A stretch of 64,000 nt of DNA from Pseudomonadota bacterium (GTDB lineage Bacteria; Pseudomonadota; Gammaproteobacteria; Steroidobacterales; Woeseiaceae): the NCBI GenBank assembly GCA_027621915.1, contig JAQCAD010000013.1, positions 4,387-68,386 of the forward strand, read 5' to 3'. Below the pieces are notes generated by a model. It saw only the letters and a list, made by a program, of their open reading frames with translations. It searched no databases and was not told the DNA's origin. A program made the position numbers and the translations under genes. Below are positions 1-8,952 of this stretch, piece by piece; within the stretch, counting starts at the first letter, position 1, and every line of letters starts with the position of its first letter.

Positions 1-384
1 GTTGAGGATTCGCGGACGCTGACGGTATCGCCCTGGGAGAAATCAATGGTCCAGGCGATCGAAAAAGCGATACTGACGTCAGACCTCGGGCTGAATCCGG
101 CAACTGCCGGAACCATTATTCGCGTGCCGTTTCCACCACTCACGGAAGAGCGTCGCAAGGACATGATCAAGGTGGTGCGACACGAAGCGGAAGGCGGTCG
201 TGTTGCCATACGCAATATTCGTCGGGACGCGCTATCGAGTCTGAAAGAACTACTGAAAGGAAAAATGATTGGCGAAGACGAAGAACGTCGTGCACACGAT
301 GAAATTCAGACGATAACCGATAAACACATTGCTGTTATCGATGAGACGCTTGCGGCGAAAGAAAGCGAACTGCTGGAAATATGA
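1..384 (+). CDS. frr: Ribosome recycling factor, 5'-truncated by the window edge
   Basis: Frame 1 is open from base 1 ([24 protein letters not shown]...). [15 protein letters not shown] and the C-terminal coiled region match Frr. Followed by uppS as in the conserved block. Confidence 0.95.
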   Translation, partial: VEDSRTLTVSPWEKSMVQAIEKAILTSDLGLNPATAGTIIRVPFPPLTEERRKDMIKVVRHEAEGGRVAIRNIRRDALSSLKELLKGKMIGEDEERRAHDEIQTITDKHIAVIDETLAAKESELLEI

Positions 385-402
385 TTCGGTGTTGCGAAGA
401 CA

Positions 403-1155
403 TTGGTTAAATCAGACAAATCAGGCGAAAAAATCCAGAGGGCGGTAGTACCTGCTCATGTTGCCGTTATTATGGACGGCAACGGTCGCTGGGCGAATTC
501 AAGGGCATTGCCACGTCATGCAGGACATCGTTCAGGAGTTCACTCGGTGCGGCAGACCGTTGAATTGGCGGCGAAGCGCGGTATTTCTTACCTGACGTTG
601 TTTGCCTTCAGTAGTGAAAACTGGCGGCGGCCGGTTGAGGAAGTCAGTCGACTGATGGGATTGTTTCTTGAAGCATTGCAACGGGAAGTCGATGACCTGC
701 ATCGTAATAACGTGAGGATGACGTTTATCGGCGCGCGGGAACAGCTGCAACCCGACCTCGTCAAAAGAATCACGGCTGCTGAGCGAAAAACGAAAGACAA
801 CGATGGCCTGCGACTCCTGGTAGCTGTCGCCTACGGCGGACGTTGGGATATCGTCAATGCCGCGAAGAGCCTGGCGGCAAAAGTGCTCCGTAATGAAATG
901 TCAGTGGACGAATTTGATGATGAAAAATTTGCGGCGGAGCTGGCACTTGGTGATGTGCCAGATCCGGATTTGCTGATCAGAACCGGTGGCGAACAACGCA
1001 TCAGCAATTTCCTGCTCTGGAATCTTGCCTACGCAGAACTTTATTTCTGTGATTCCCTCTGGCCGGACTTCGGCGAACAGCAGTTCGACGACGCGCTGGC
1101 GTACTACGCCAGCCGACAGCGTCGTTACGGATTTACCGGCGACCAAGTGGCCTGA
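403..1155 (+). CDS. uppS: Undecaprenyl-diphosphate synthase (cis-prenyltransferase)
   Basis: VAVIMDGNGRWA and RTGGEQRISNFLLWNLAYAELYF signatures. 250 aa. Position between frr and cdsA. Confidence 0.95.
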   Translation: MVKSDKSGEKIQRAVVPAHVAVIMDGNGRWANSRALPRHAGHRSGVHSVRQTVELAAKRGISYLTLFAFSSENWRRPVEEVSRLMGLFLEALQREVDDLHRNNVRMTFIGAREQLQPDLVKRITAAERKTKDNDGLRLLVAVAYGGRWDIVNAAKSLAAKVLRNEMSVDEFDDEKFAAELALGDVPDPDLLIRTGGEQRISNFLLWNLAYAELYFCDSLWPDFGEQQFDDALAYYASRQRRYGFTGDQVA

Positions 1156-1156
1156 G

Positions 1157-1948
1157 ATGTTAAGGCAACGGATATTTACGGCAATTATTGCGCTGGCGGT
1201 TCTGGGCGTCGTGTTATTTGCGGTACCGGTCGCGATTGCCCGGGCAGTAATTGCGGTGTTGTTGCTCGCTGGCGCGTGGGAATGGGGTGGGTTTATTTTT
1301 GGTGAGAATCGCCAACGAAGAATGATCTATGTCGCATTCATCGGTAGCCTGATCGCTCTTCTTTATCTGAATATTCAGGGTCAGCAGGTGACCGACCTTG
1401 TATTCGTGGCGGCGCTGACCTGGTGGTTTGGCGCTCTCATCTGGATGTTCTTTTACCCGACGCCGGTCGCGAGTATCGTTGTTTGGTTAGCCGGTGTATT
1501 CGTACTCGTCCCGGCGTGGGCTGCACTTGATTTTCTGTATGTGCAGTCGCCGACGCTGCTCCTGGTCGCATTGCTGATAGTCTGGGTCGCTGATATCGGC
1601 GCGTATTTTGTTGGCAAGGGTTTTGGACGAGTCAAATTGGCGCCGAAGATCAGCCCGGGGAAATCCTGGGAAGGTGTGCTGGGTGGTCTGACTGCAGTGA
1701 CCTTGCTGGCAGGCGTGGGCAGCCAATACTTTGAAATCGGCGTTTCAGTGCTTGTCCCTTTCTGCATCGGGGTCGCGATGTTGTCAATCGTCGGCGATCT
1801 GACTGTTAGCATGTTCAAGCGTAATGCCGGCATTAAAGACAGCGGATCTCTCTTTCCCGGTCACGGCGGCGTACTGGATCGGATTGATAGCGCAACCGCT
1901 GCCGCACCCTTGTTTGCGCTTGGGCTCAACTGGATCGGATTGCAGTGA
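1157..1948 (+). CDS. cdsA: Phosphatidate cytidylyltransferase (CDP-diglyceride synthase)
   Basis: Multi-TM protein ending with SMFKRNAGIKDSGSLFPGHGGVLDRIDS (CdsA signature). Start taken at ATG 1157, right after the uppS stop; the ORF-track start at 986 overlaps uppS. Confidence 0.9.
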   Translation: MLRQRIFTAIIALAVLGVVLFAVPVAIARAVIAVLLLAGAWEWGGFIFGENRQRRMIYVAFIGSLIALLYLNIQGQQVTDLVFVAALTWWFGALIWMFFYPTPVASIVVWLAGVFVLVPAWAALDFLYVQSPTLLLVALLIVWVADIGAYFVGKGFGRVKLAPKISPGKSWEGVLGGLTAVTLLAGVGSQYFEIGVSVLVPFCIGVAMLSIVGDLTVSMFKRNAGIKDSGSLFPGHGGVLDRIDSATAAAPLFALGLNWIGLQ

Positions 1949-2012
1949 TTTTCGGGCCTGTTCAGGAGTCATTCATGGACCACGTCCCAGACTCTGTGGG
2001 AACTGCGCCCCT

Positions 2013-2040
2013 GCCTGTCAGTCCTAAGGTCCTGACAGGC
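2013..2040. repeat. Perfect 9-bp inverted repeat GCCTGTCAG-N10-CTGACAGGC in the cdsA-rseP spacer
   Basis: Read directly: arms at 2013-2021 and 2032-2040. No T-run follows, so it is not a classical terminator. Confidence 0.85.
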
Positions 2041-2114
2041 TCAAAAGGCGACGGGGATTCACGTGTTCGCCGCCATGTCAGGTGCGTGAAATCTATGAAA
2101 GAAGGATCTCTGCG

Positions 2115-3476
2115 ATGATTGATGCACTGTCCAGTCTTGTCGCATTTGTTGTCGCGATCAGTGTGTTAGTGGCCGTACACGAATACGGCCATTTTATCGT
2201 CGGACGATGGTGCGGTATGAAAGTGCTGCGTTTTTCGGTCGGTTTTGGCAAACCGCTGTGGACCTGGATCGGCAAAAAGGACAATACAGAGTTTTGCATT
2301 TCTGCGATTCCGCTGGGCGGATACGTTAAGTTCCTTGGCGAACGATACGGTAGTGGCGATCCCGTCGATCCGGTTGATGAAGGTCGTGCATTCAATCAAC
2401 GGCCAATATGGATGCGTATTGCGGTGCTGCTGGCCGGTCCGTTCTTTAATTTTCTCTTCGCCTTTTTCGCCTACTGGGTCATTTTTGTTAATGGTGTCCC
2501 GACTATGCGTCCTGCTGTCGGTGAGGTGCTGGAGTCATCCTACGCATCCGACGCCGGACTGCTCTACGGGGATAGAATAATCAGCGTCGGTAGTCGAGAG
2601 GCCAGCGACTGGGAGACAGCGCTGGTTTCGATGCTCGACGAAATGGTCAGCGACGGTCGCGTCACGCTCGAGCTTGAAAATGACGTGGGTCGACGTCGCA
2701 CGGCGACAATCGATGTCGGCGATGATGCGACGCGTCTGACGGAACCCGGCGTCTTGTTTGACGGACTCGGATTTCAACCTTGGCAGCCACCAGCGGAAGT
2801 GGCTGCAATCGTTGACGGTGGTGCGGCGGACATGGCCGGAATACGGCCGGGCGACCGCATCAGATCTATTGACGGAGAAGACGTTGCGAATTTTTCGGAT
2901 TTGCAGCGACTGGTTTCCGTGCGACCGGGTGACGACGTTGCGGTCGAGATAGACAGAGACGGTAGCGTTATGGTCTTTGATCTTACCGTCGGCTCGCAGG
3001 ATGTCGATGGAAAGATCATGGGTCTCATCGGAGTCAGCGGTGGCGGCATTCCGGAGGAATTCTGGTATATACGGCAATTTGGTCCGCTGGATTCTGTTTT
3101 TCAATCTGTCGATCGAACGCTTGCAGGTATGGGTTTCACTGTACGCATGCTCGGTCGAATGCTGACCGGGGATGTATCGATAAAAAACATCAGCGGTCCC
3201 ATCAACATTGCACAGTTCGCAGGCAGTTCGGCGTCGGCCGGATTTAATTCCTTTTTGAGGTTTCTTGCACTGGTCAGTATCAGTCTCGGTGTACTGAATT
3301 TGTTTCCGGTGCCGGTTCTCGATGGTGGCCAGATTGTCTACCACACTATTGAAGGACTTAAGGGTAGCCCGCTATCGGAAAAAGCCCAGATGATCGGGCA
3401 GCAGGTGGGTATCGCGGCCCTTCTATTGCTGATGAGTTTCGCCTTTTATAATGACATCGCCAGAATTTTCAGTTGA
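2115..3476 (+). CDS. rseP: RIP zinc metalloprotease RseP (site-2 protease)
   Basis: HEYGH (HExxH) in TM1, central PDZ region, NLFPVPVLDGG (LDG motif). Start at ATG 2115 (MIDALSSLVAF...) by alignment to the E. coli RseP N-terminus. Confidence 0.92.
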   Translation: MIDALSSLVAFVVAISVLVAVHEYGHFIVGRWCGMKVLRFSVGFGKPLWTWIGKKDNTEFCISAIPLGGYVKFLGERYGSGDPVDPVDEGRAFNQRPIWMRIAVLLAGPFFNFLFAFFAYWVIFVNGVPTMRPAVGEVLESSYASDAGLLYGDRIISVGSREASDWETALVSMLDEMVSDGRVTLELENDVGRRRTATIDVGDDATRLTEPGVLFDGLGFQPWQPPAEVAAIVDGGAADMAGIRPGDRIRSIDGEDVANFSDLQRLVSVRPGDDVAVEIDRDGSVMVFDLTVGSQDVDGKIMGLIGVSGGGIPEEFWYIRQFGPLDSVFQSVDRTLAGMGFTVRMLGRMLTGDVSIKNISGPINIAQFAGSSASAGFNSFLRFLALVSISLGVLNLFPVPVLDGGQIVYHTIEGLKGSPLSEKAQMIGQQVGIAALLLLMSFAFYNDIARIFS

Positions 3477-3509
3477 ACGGACAGTGATCCAGAAGGTAAT
3501 TCGCAATCA

Positions 3510-5921
3510 ATGATATTCCAGTCACACCAATTTAGCCCCCGCAAAAATTTGCTTTTGTTGCTTGCTTACTTACTGCTGGTTATTCCGGCCGTCGGTCTTG
3601 CTCAGGAAAAATTTGTTGTCAACGATATGCGCGTTGAAGGATTGCAGCGAATTTCCGAGGGTACCGTTTTCAACTATTTGCCGATTAATATCGGCGATAC
3701 CGTCGACGAGATCCGAATTCAGGAATCAATAAAAGCATTGTATGGTCAGGCATTGTTTGACGACGTCGAAATGCGCCGCGACGGCGGAACTTTGATCATA
3801 GTCGTCAGGGAGAGACCTTCAATTGAGAGCTTCACGATCGAAGGCAATAAAGACATCAAGACTGAAGATCTGATGGAATCGCTTCGCGGTGTTGGACTTG
3901 CGAGGGGAAGGACATTCGATCGGTCGGTGCTTGACAATGTGCAGCAGTTTCTTACTGAACAGTATTACGATCGTGGCAAGTACGGCGTTGATGTCAAAGC
4001 GAATGTCACCGACAGGCCCAACAATACCGTCAGCATCAAAATCGACGTAAAAGAAGGCGATCGAGCAAAAATCAGGCAGGTAAATGTCGTCGGCAACCAC
4101 AGTTTCGACGAGGAAGATATTCGAGATGGTTTCGAACTCGATACGGCAAACTGGCTTTCGTGGTTTCGACAAGACGACCGCTACGCCAAAGAGGCGTTGA
4201 GCGGTGATCTGGAGACGCTTCGTTCTTTCTATATGGATCGCGGTTATGCAGACTTTCGCGTCGAGTCCACTCAGGTTGCGATTTCTCCCAATCGAAAAGA
4301 TATTTACGTCACGATCAGCGTTCACGAAGGTGAAAAGTATACGATTTCGGATATCAAGCTTGTCGGAGAAATGGTTGTCCCGGAAGCGATAATGCGAACG
4401 ATGGTCCTGGCACAGCCCGGATCGATATTTAATCTTCAATTGCTTACCTCGTCCGCCGAATTCATGTCGTTTCGTCTTGGCGAGGAAGGCTATGCGAACG
4501 CCGATATTGAACCCGTGCCGGAACTGAATTACGAAACGAAAGAAGTATCCGTCACGTTCTTTGTCAATCCGAACAGCCGGGTTTACGTTCGTCGTATTAA
4601 CTTCAACGGCGTGGATCAGATTGACGACAATGTTCTTCGGCGCGAAATGCGGCAGACGGAAGGATCATACCTTTCCAATCGGCTGGTTGATCGCTCGAAA
4701 GTGCGCTTGCAACGCCTCCCTTACATCGAAAGCGTCGAAGTGGAAAATTCGCCCGTGGACGGGAGTCCTGATCTGGTTGATGTGAATTTCGAGATCGAGT
4801 ACCGCATGCCAGGCCAGTTTAGTGGCGGTCTTGGTTACTCAGAAGCTCAGAAACTGATGCTAAACGGAAGCATTGTGCATACGAATTTTCTCGGCTCCGG
4901 AGAGCGTGTCGCACTGAATGCAAGTTCAGGGCGTTTCTCGACTTTTTATTCGCTGTCGCACACCGACCCATTTACAACCAGGAACGGTGTTAGCCGAACG
5001 GTCGGTGTGAATTATCGCGATATTACTCAGTTCACGTCGGCGTCGTCGGATTTCTCGACGACCAGTTATGGCGCGTCGCTGGAGTATGGTCTCCCGATTA
5101 CGGAATTCCAGCAATTGAGCGTCGGCCTTGGTTACAACAATGCCGAGCTGCTTTCGTCGTCTAGAAGTACCGCGCAGGCGCAGGATTGGGTAGCGAACAA
5201 CGGCAATACATTTGTAACTGAAAGCACCAACGGCGTAGATTTTTTCGGTACCCAATTCGCGGCAACGGAATTGATTCTCGGGTGGATCTATGACAGCAGG
5301 AACCGCGCGCTCTTTGCAGATCGCGGATCGAGGCAGCAGGTATTCCTTGGATACACGCTGCCAGGCGGCGATGTCGAGTATTTTACTGCGCGTTACAACT
5401 ATACAAAATATATTCCGTTGTTCGGCGACTGGACGGGCAGGGTGAATGCAGAGCTGGCCTATGGCAGGGCGCTTGGTGATACGACCGCGCTACCGCCCTA
5501 TAAGCAATTCTATGGCGGCGGGCCAGAGTCGATCCGGGGCTATAAGGAGTCCTATATGGGCCCCAAGGACAGTTTCGGCAATCCTTACGGTGGTAACGTG
5601 TTGGTTGCCAGTCAAGTAGAGCTTATAATCCCCTTGCCGGAAAAATTCAGCAGTCAGGCCAGAGCCAGTTTTTTCTACGATTTTGGCAACGTATTTAATA
5701 CCGGCGAAGTGAATTTCGCGGACAAACTGGGCAGCCCGGTCGAGTACAAACCGGATTTCGATGAACTTAAAACATCGGTGGGCGTCGCCGTACAATGGTT
5801 GGCGCCGCTGGGATTGTTCCGATTTAGTTACGCGTATCCGCTAAATGAGTTTAAAGGTAACGACAGATATTACGGAGATCGGCTCGAAAGATTCCAATTC
5901 TCCATTGGTCAGGCGTTTTAA
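3510..5921 (+). CDS. bamA: Outer membrane protein assembly factor BamA
   Basis: 803 aa with signal peptide and POTRA repeats (VVNDMRVEGLQRISEGTV...). C-terminal beta-barrel ends RFQFSIGQAF. Position rseP-bamA-skp. Confidence 0.95.
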   Translation: MIFQSHQFSPRKNLLLLLAYLLLVIPAVGLAQEKFVVNDMRVEGLQRISEGTVFNYLPINIGDTVDEIRIQESIKALYGQALFDDVEMRRDGGTLIIVVRERPSIESFTIEGNKDIKTEDLMESLRGVGLARGRTFDRSVLDNVQQFLTEQYYDRGKYGVDVKANVTDRPNNTVSIKIDVKEGDRAKIRQVNVVGNHSFDEEDIRDGFELDTANWLSWFRQDDRYAKEALSGDLETLRSFYMDRGYADFRVESTQVAISPNRKDIYVTISVHEGEKYTISDIKLVGEMVVPEAIMRTMVLAQPGSIFNLQLLTSSAEFMSFRLGEEGYANADIEPVPELNYETKEVSVTFFVNPNSRVYVRRINFNGVDQIDDNVLRREMRQTEGSYLSNRLVDRSKVRLQRLPYIESVEVENSPVDGSPDLVDVNFEIEYRMPGQFSGGLGYSEAQKLMLNGSIVHTNFLGSGERVALNASSGRFSTFYSLSHTDPFTTRNGVSRTVGVNYRDITQFTSASSDFSTTSYGASLEYGLPITEFQQLSVGLGYNNAELLSSSRSTAQAQDWVANNGNTFVTESTNGVDFFGTQFAATELILGWIYDSRNRALFADRGSRQQVFLGYTLPGGDVEYFTARYNYTKYIPLFGDWTGRVNAELAYGRALGDTTALPPYKQFYGGGPESIRGYKESYMGPKDSFGNPYGGNVLVASQVELIIPLPEKFSSQARASFFYDFGNVFNTGEVNFADKLGSPVEYKPDFDELKTSVGVAVQWLAPLGLFRFSYAYPLNEFKGNDRYYGDRLERFQFSIGQAF

Positions 5922-5935
5922 GGATTGAATTTTTT

Positions 5936-6472
5936 ATGAATGTTGCAAAACCAGACTTTGTAAAAGCAGTTGCGGGAATTATGTTTGTCCTTGCATTTAT
6001 CATGCCCGCTCAGGCTCAGGACATAAAGATTGGTGTCGTGAATGTTCCGGCGTTAATGGAGCAGGCTCCGCAGGCACGGGTAGCCATGGCTGCACTTGAC
6101 GAAGAATTCAAACCTCGTCAGCGTGAAATTGTCGCGAGACAGACTGAGCTTCAGGAACTGACTGAAAAAGTTCAGCGGGATCTGGCGGTAATGGGTGAAA
6201 CCGAACGCCGCAATTCAGAAAAGAAATTGCGCGACCTGCAGCGAGAAGTCACACGCCTGCAGACCGAGTTTCGTGAAGACCTGAATCTTCGTCGTAACGA
6301 AGAATTGGGCAACTTGCAACGTTCGCTTCTTAAAGAAGTTCAGGATTTTGCGCAAGCGTCCGGATACGATCTGGTGGTTGGTGACGGAGTGCTGTTTGCG
6401 AGTACTGCGGTCAATATAACCGAAAACGTACTTCGCGCGATGGAAGCCAATTTCCAGGCCGCCGGCAATTAG
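5936..6472 (+). CDS. skp: Periplasmic chaperone Skp (OmpH family)
   Basis: Signal peptide (AQA/QD), 178 aa, charged coiled-coil body. Conserved position between bamA and lpxD. Confidence 0.85.
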   Translation: MNVAKPDFVKAVAGIMFVLAFIMPAQAQDIKIGVVNVPALMEQAPQARVAMAALDEEFKPRQREIVARQTELQELTEKVQRDLAVMGETERRNSEKKLRDLQREVTRLQTEFREDLNLRRNEELGNLQRSLLKEVQDFAQASGYDLVVGDGVLFASTAVNITENVLRAMEANFQAAGN

Positions 6473-6709
6473 AAAAAATCAGGTGGTGCAGTGCGGCGTC
6501 GTAAACCGTCTCGAAATGTTAAGGGCCGTGAGTTCGCTCTCCTTGATAATCAGGAGTCCGAGTGTCGTGGTCTCGATTGATGAGAGCGGCGCTCAACGAT
6601 TCGTGTTGGGTCTCATACGCGCCTGAGATATTTTCGATGCATGATGCCGTTCGAAATAGCATATAAGTACGCCATCATTTTCGTTTAGAAACTTCCGGGG
6701 AGAATAGGT

Positions 6710-7735
6710 TTGGCCAGAAGTTTAGGGGAACTGGCCGCGCAATTCGGTTGCGAGCTTATTGGCGACCCGGCGATCGCGGTCTCGCGCGTTGCCACCCTTG
6801 TTAGTGCCGGTGTCGGAGATCTTAGTTTTTTCGCGAACACTGCGTATCGGAATCAGTTGCGCGAGACACGCGCTGCGGCTGTAGTTCTGCGGCCGCAGGA
6901 TGCGAAGGACTGTTCCGTTTCCGCTTTGCTTGCGGCAGATCCATACCATGTCTATGCCTTGATAGCCGCGGAACTGCATCCGGCCGCAAGTATAAATGCC
7001 GGTATACATTCTTCTGCTGTAATTCACCCCACTGCAAGCGTTTCGGCATGTGCAGAGGTATCGGCAAACGTCACGGTAGAGGAGAATGCTATCGTGGCTG
7101 ACGCCGTATACATTGGGCCAGGTGTTGTAGTCGGCGCGCGTTGTTCAGTCGGCGAACATTCCCGGGTACTTGCGAATGCAACTCTCGTACAGGATGTCAC
7201 TATCGGTGACCGTTGCGTAATTCATCCGGGTGCCGTAATCGGATCGGATGGTTTTGGCAATGCCAGAACCGAGGAAGGCTGGGTCAAGGTACCGCAGCTC
7301 GGCGGCGTGCGAATTGGCAACGACGTTGAGGTCGGTGCAAACACGACGATTGACCGGGGCGCCCTCGATGACACGATCCTGGAGGATGGCGTGAGACTGG
7401 ACAACCAGATCCAGATCGGTCACAACGTAAAGGTTGGTATGCATACGGCGATGGCGGCCTGTGCAGCGGTGTCCGGGAGTACGACGATCGGTCGGCGTTG
7501 CATGTTTGGTGGTCAGGTTGGGATCGCTGGCCATGTCACTATCTGCGACGATGTTTCGATCGCTGGCGCGACAATGATCTCCAAGGATATTGACGAGCCG
7601 GGTTACTACATGGGTAGTTTCCCGGGTGAAAAAGGCTCGAGCTGGAAACGAAAAGTTGCACGTTTCAGACGGCTGGACGATCTTATAAATCGCGTTGCGG
7701 TACTGGAAAAGAAGGTAGAAGAAAACAGTGAGTGA
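6710..7735 (+). CDS. lpxD: UDP-3-O-acylglucosamine N-acyltransferase
   Basis: N-terminal LpxD domain followed by long left-handed beta-helix hexapeptide repeats. TTG start. Synteny skp-lpxD-fabZ. Confidence 0.93.
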   Translation: MARSLGELAAQFGCELIGDPAIAVSRVATLVSAGVGDLSFFANTAYRNQLRETRAAAVVLRPQDAKDCSVSALLAADPYHVYALIAAELHPAASINAGIHSSAVIHPTASVSACAEVSANVTVEENAIVADAVYIGPGVVVGARCSVGEHSRVLANATLVQDVTIGDRCVIHPGAVIGSDGFGNARTEEGWVKVPQLGGVRIGNDVEVGANTTIDRGALDDTILEDGVRLDNQIQIGHNVKVGMHTAMAACAAVSGSTTIGRRCMFGGQVGIAGHVTICDDVSIAGATMISKDIDEPGYYMGSFPGEKGSSWKRKVARFRRLDDLINRVAVLEKKVEENSE

Positions 7736-8180
7736 AATCACAGCCATGGACGCACTACAGATAATGAGAGCGTTACCGCATCGTTATCCGTTCCTTCTTA
7801 TTGACAGAGTCATTTCGTGCACGCCGGGCCAATCGATTACGGCCGTAAAAAATGTTACGAATAATGAATATTTTTTCCAGGGACATTTCCCGGGAAGACC
7901 GGTCATGCCAGGCGTTCTGATTATCGAGTCGATGGCACAGGCGGGTGGCGTGCTGTCCTATCTGACGACTGCAGATGTCGAACCAAAGCCGCTCTATTTT
8001 CTTGCTGGCGTTGACAACACCCGGTTCAGACGCACTGTTTTACCTGGCGATCAACTTGTTATAACGGTCGATGTCGCGCGTGTTAAGAGCGGTATCTGGT
8101 TTTACAAGTGCAGCGCTACTGTAGATGGGAAACTCGCGGTGGCAGCTGACATTATGTGTGCGCCGGGAGCCGAGCGTTGA
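7728..8180 (+). CDS. fabZ: 3-hydroxyacyl-ACP dehydratase FabZ
   Basis: LPHRYPFLLIDRV and GHFPGRPVMPGVLIIESMAQ motifs. 150 aa. Confidence 0.95.
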   Translation: MSEITAMDALQIMRALPHRYPFLLIDRVISCTPGQSITAVKNVTNNEYFFQGHFPGRPVMPGVLIIESMAQAGGVLSYLTTADVEPKPLYFLAGVDNTRFRRTVLPGDQLVITVDVARVKSGIWFYKCSATVDGKLAVAADIMCAPGAER

Positions 8181-8950
8181 ATATCCACCCGTCGGCAATC
8201 GTTTCCGACTCAGCGGTGATCGCCGGTGACGTTAAGATCGGGCCCTATTCCGTGATCGGCGACAATGTGGAAATCGGTGCAGGCAGCAGGGTCGACAGTC
8301 ATGTCGTAATTAACGGGCCCACCCGGATCGGCAAGAATAACCGGATCTACCAGTTCAGTTCTGTCGGTGACGATCCGCAGGACAAGAAATACCGTGATGA
8401 ACCGACGCGTCTCGAAATAGGTGACGGCAATACCATTCGCGAATACTGCACGATTAGCCGCGGGACGATTCAGGATGAGGGCGTCACAACCATCGGCGAC
8501 GACAACTGGATCATGGCCTATGTTCATGTGGCGCACGACTGTCGGATTGGCAGCCACTGCATCTTCGCAAACAATGCAACTCTGGCTGGACATGTGCATG
8601 TCGGGGATTACGCTATTTTCGCCGGTTTTACCGGGGCTCATCAGTTCTGCCGCATCGGTGCACACGCGTTTCTGGGCATGTATGCCGGTACCAGCCGCGA
8701 CGTTCCGGCATATACGATGATTGGCGGTCAACCCCCCGCACCAAAGGGCATCAATTCAGAGGGATTGAAACGCCGCGGATTCTCCGAAGATCAGATCCGG
8801 AATATCAAAAACGCCTACCGCACTGTGTACCGAAAGGGCCTGAAGCTCGCCGACGCGATCGCCGAACTGGAAACTGTCCTGCCCAGCCAACCCGAACTCG
8901 GCATCTTCGTCGCCTCTTTGAAGACGTCCGATCGTGGCATCCTGAGATAG
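8177..8950 (+). CDS. lpxA: Acyl-ACP--UDP-N-acetylglucosamine O-acyltransferase
   Basis: Hexapeptide repeats, IYQFSSVG, EGLKRRGFS. Start placed at TTG 8177 (TTGA overlap with the fabZ stop) by alignment to the E. coli LpxA N-terminus; the ORF-track start is 8156. Confidence 0.92.
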   Translation: MNIHPSAIVSDSAVIAGDVKIGPYSVIGDNVEIGAGSRVDSHVVINGPTRIGKNNRIYQFSSVGDDPQDKKYRDEPTRLEIGDGNTIREYCTISRGTIQDEGVTTIGDDNWIMAYVHVAHDCRIGSHCIFANNATLAGHVHVGDYAIFAGFTGAHQFCRIGAHAFLGMYAGTSRDVPAYTMIGGQPPAPKGINSEGLKRRGFSEDQIRNIKNAYRTVYRKGLKLADAIAELETVLPSQPELGIFVASLKTSDRGILR

Positions 8951-8952
8951 CC

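Noticed and set aside
986-1156. N-terminal extensions in the ORF track that overlap the upstream gene: cdsA from 986, truD from 21127, recJ from 30212, DUF1674 from 35304, sdhE from 39027, lepB from 44887, lolD from 62296, the grx-like gene from 42776, and surE from 24735.
   Set aside because: Alignment of the conserved N-termini to known family members places the real starts downstream, at or just after the preceding stop codon. The extensions are read-through of the upstream gene in another frame.
6516-6626. A 36-codon ORF (MLRAVSSLSLIIRSPSVVVSIDESGAQRFVLGLIRA) in the skp-lpxD spacer.
   Set aside because: It has no Shine-Dalgarno and no recognisable family, and it is too short to support from sequence alone.
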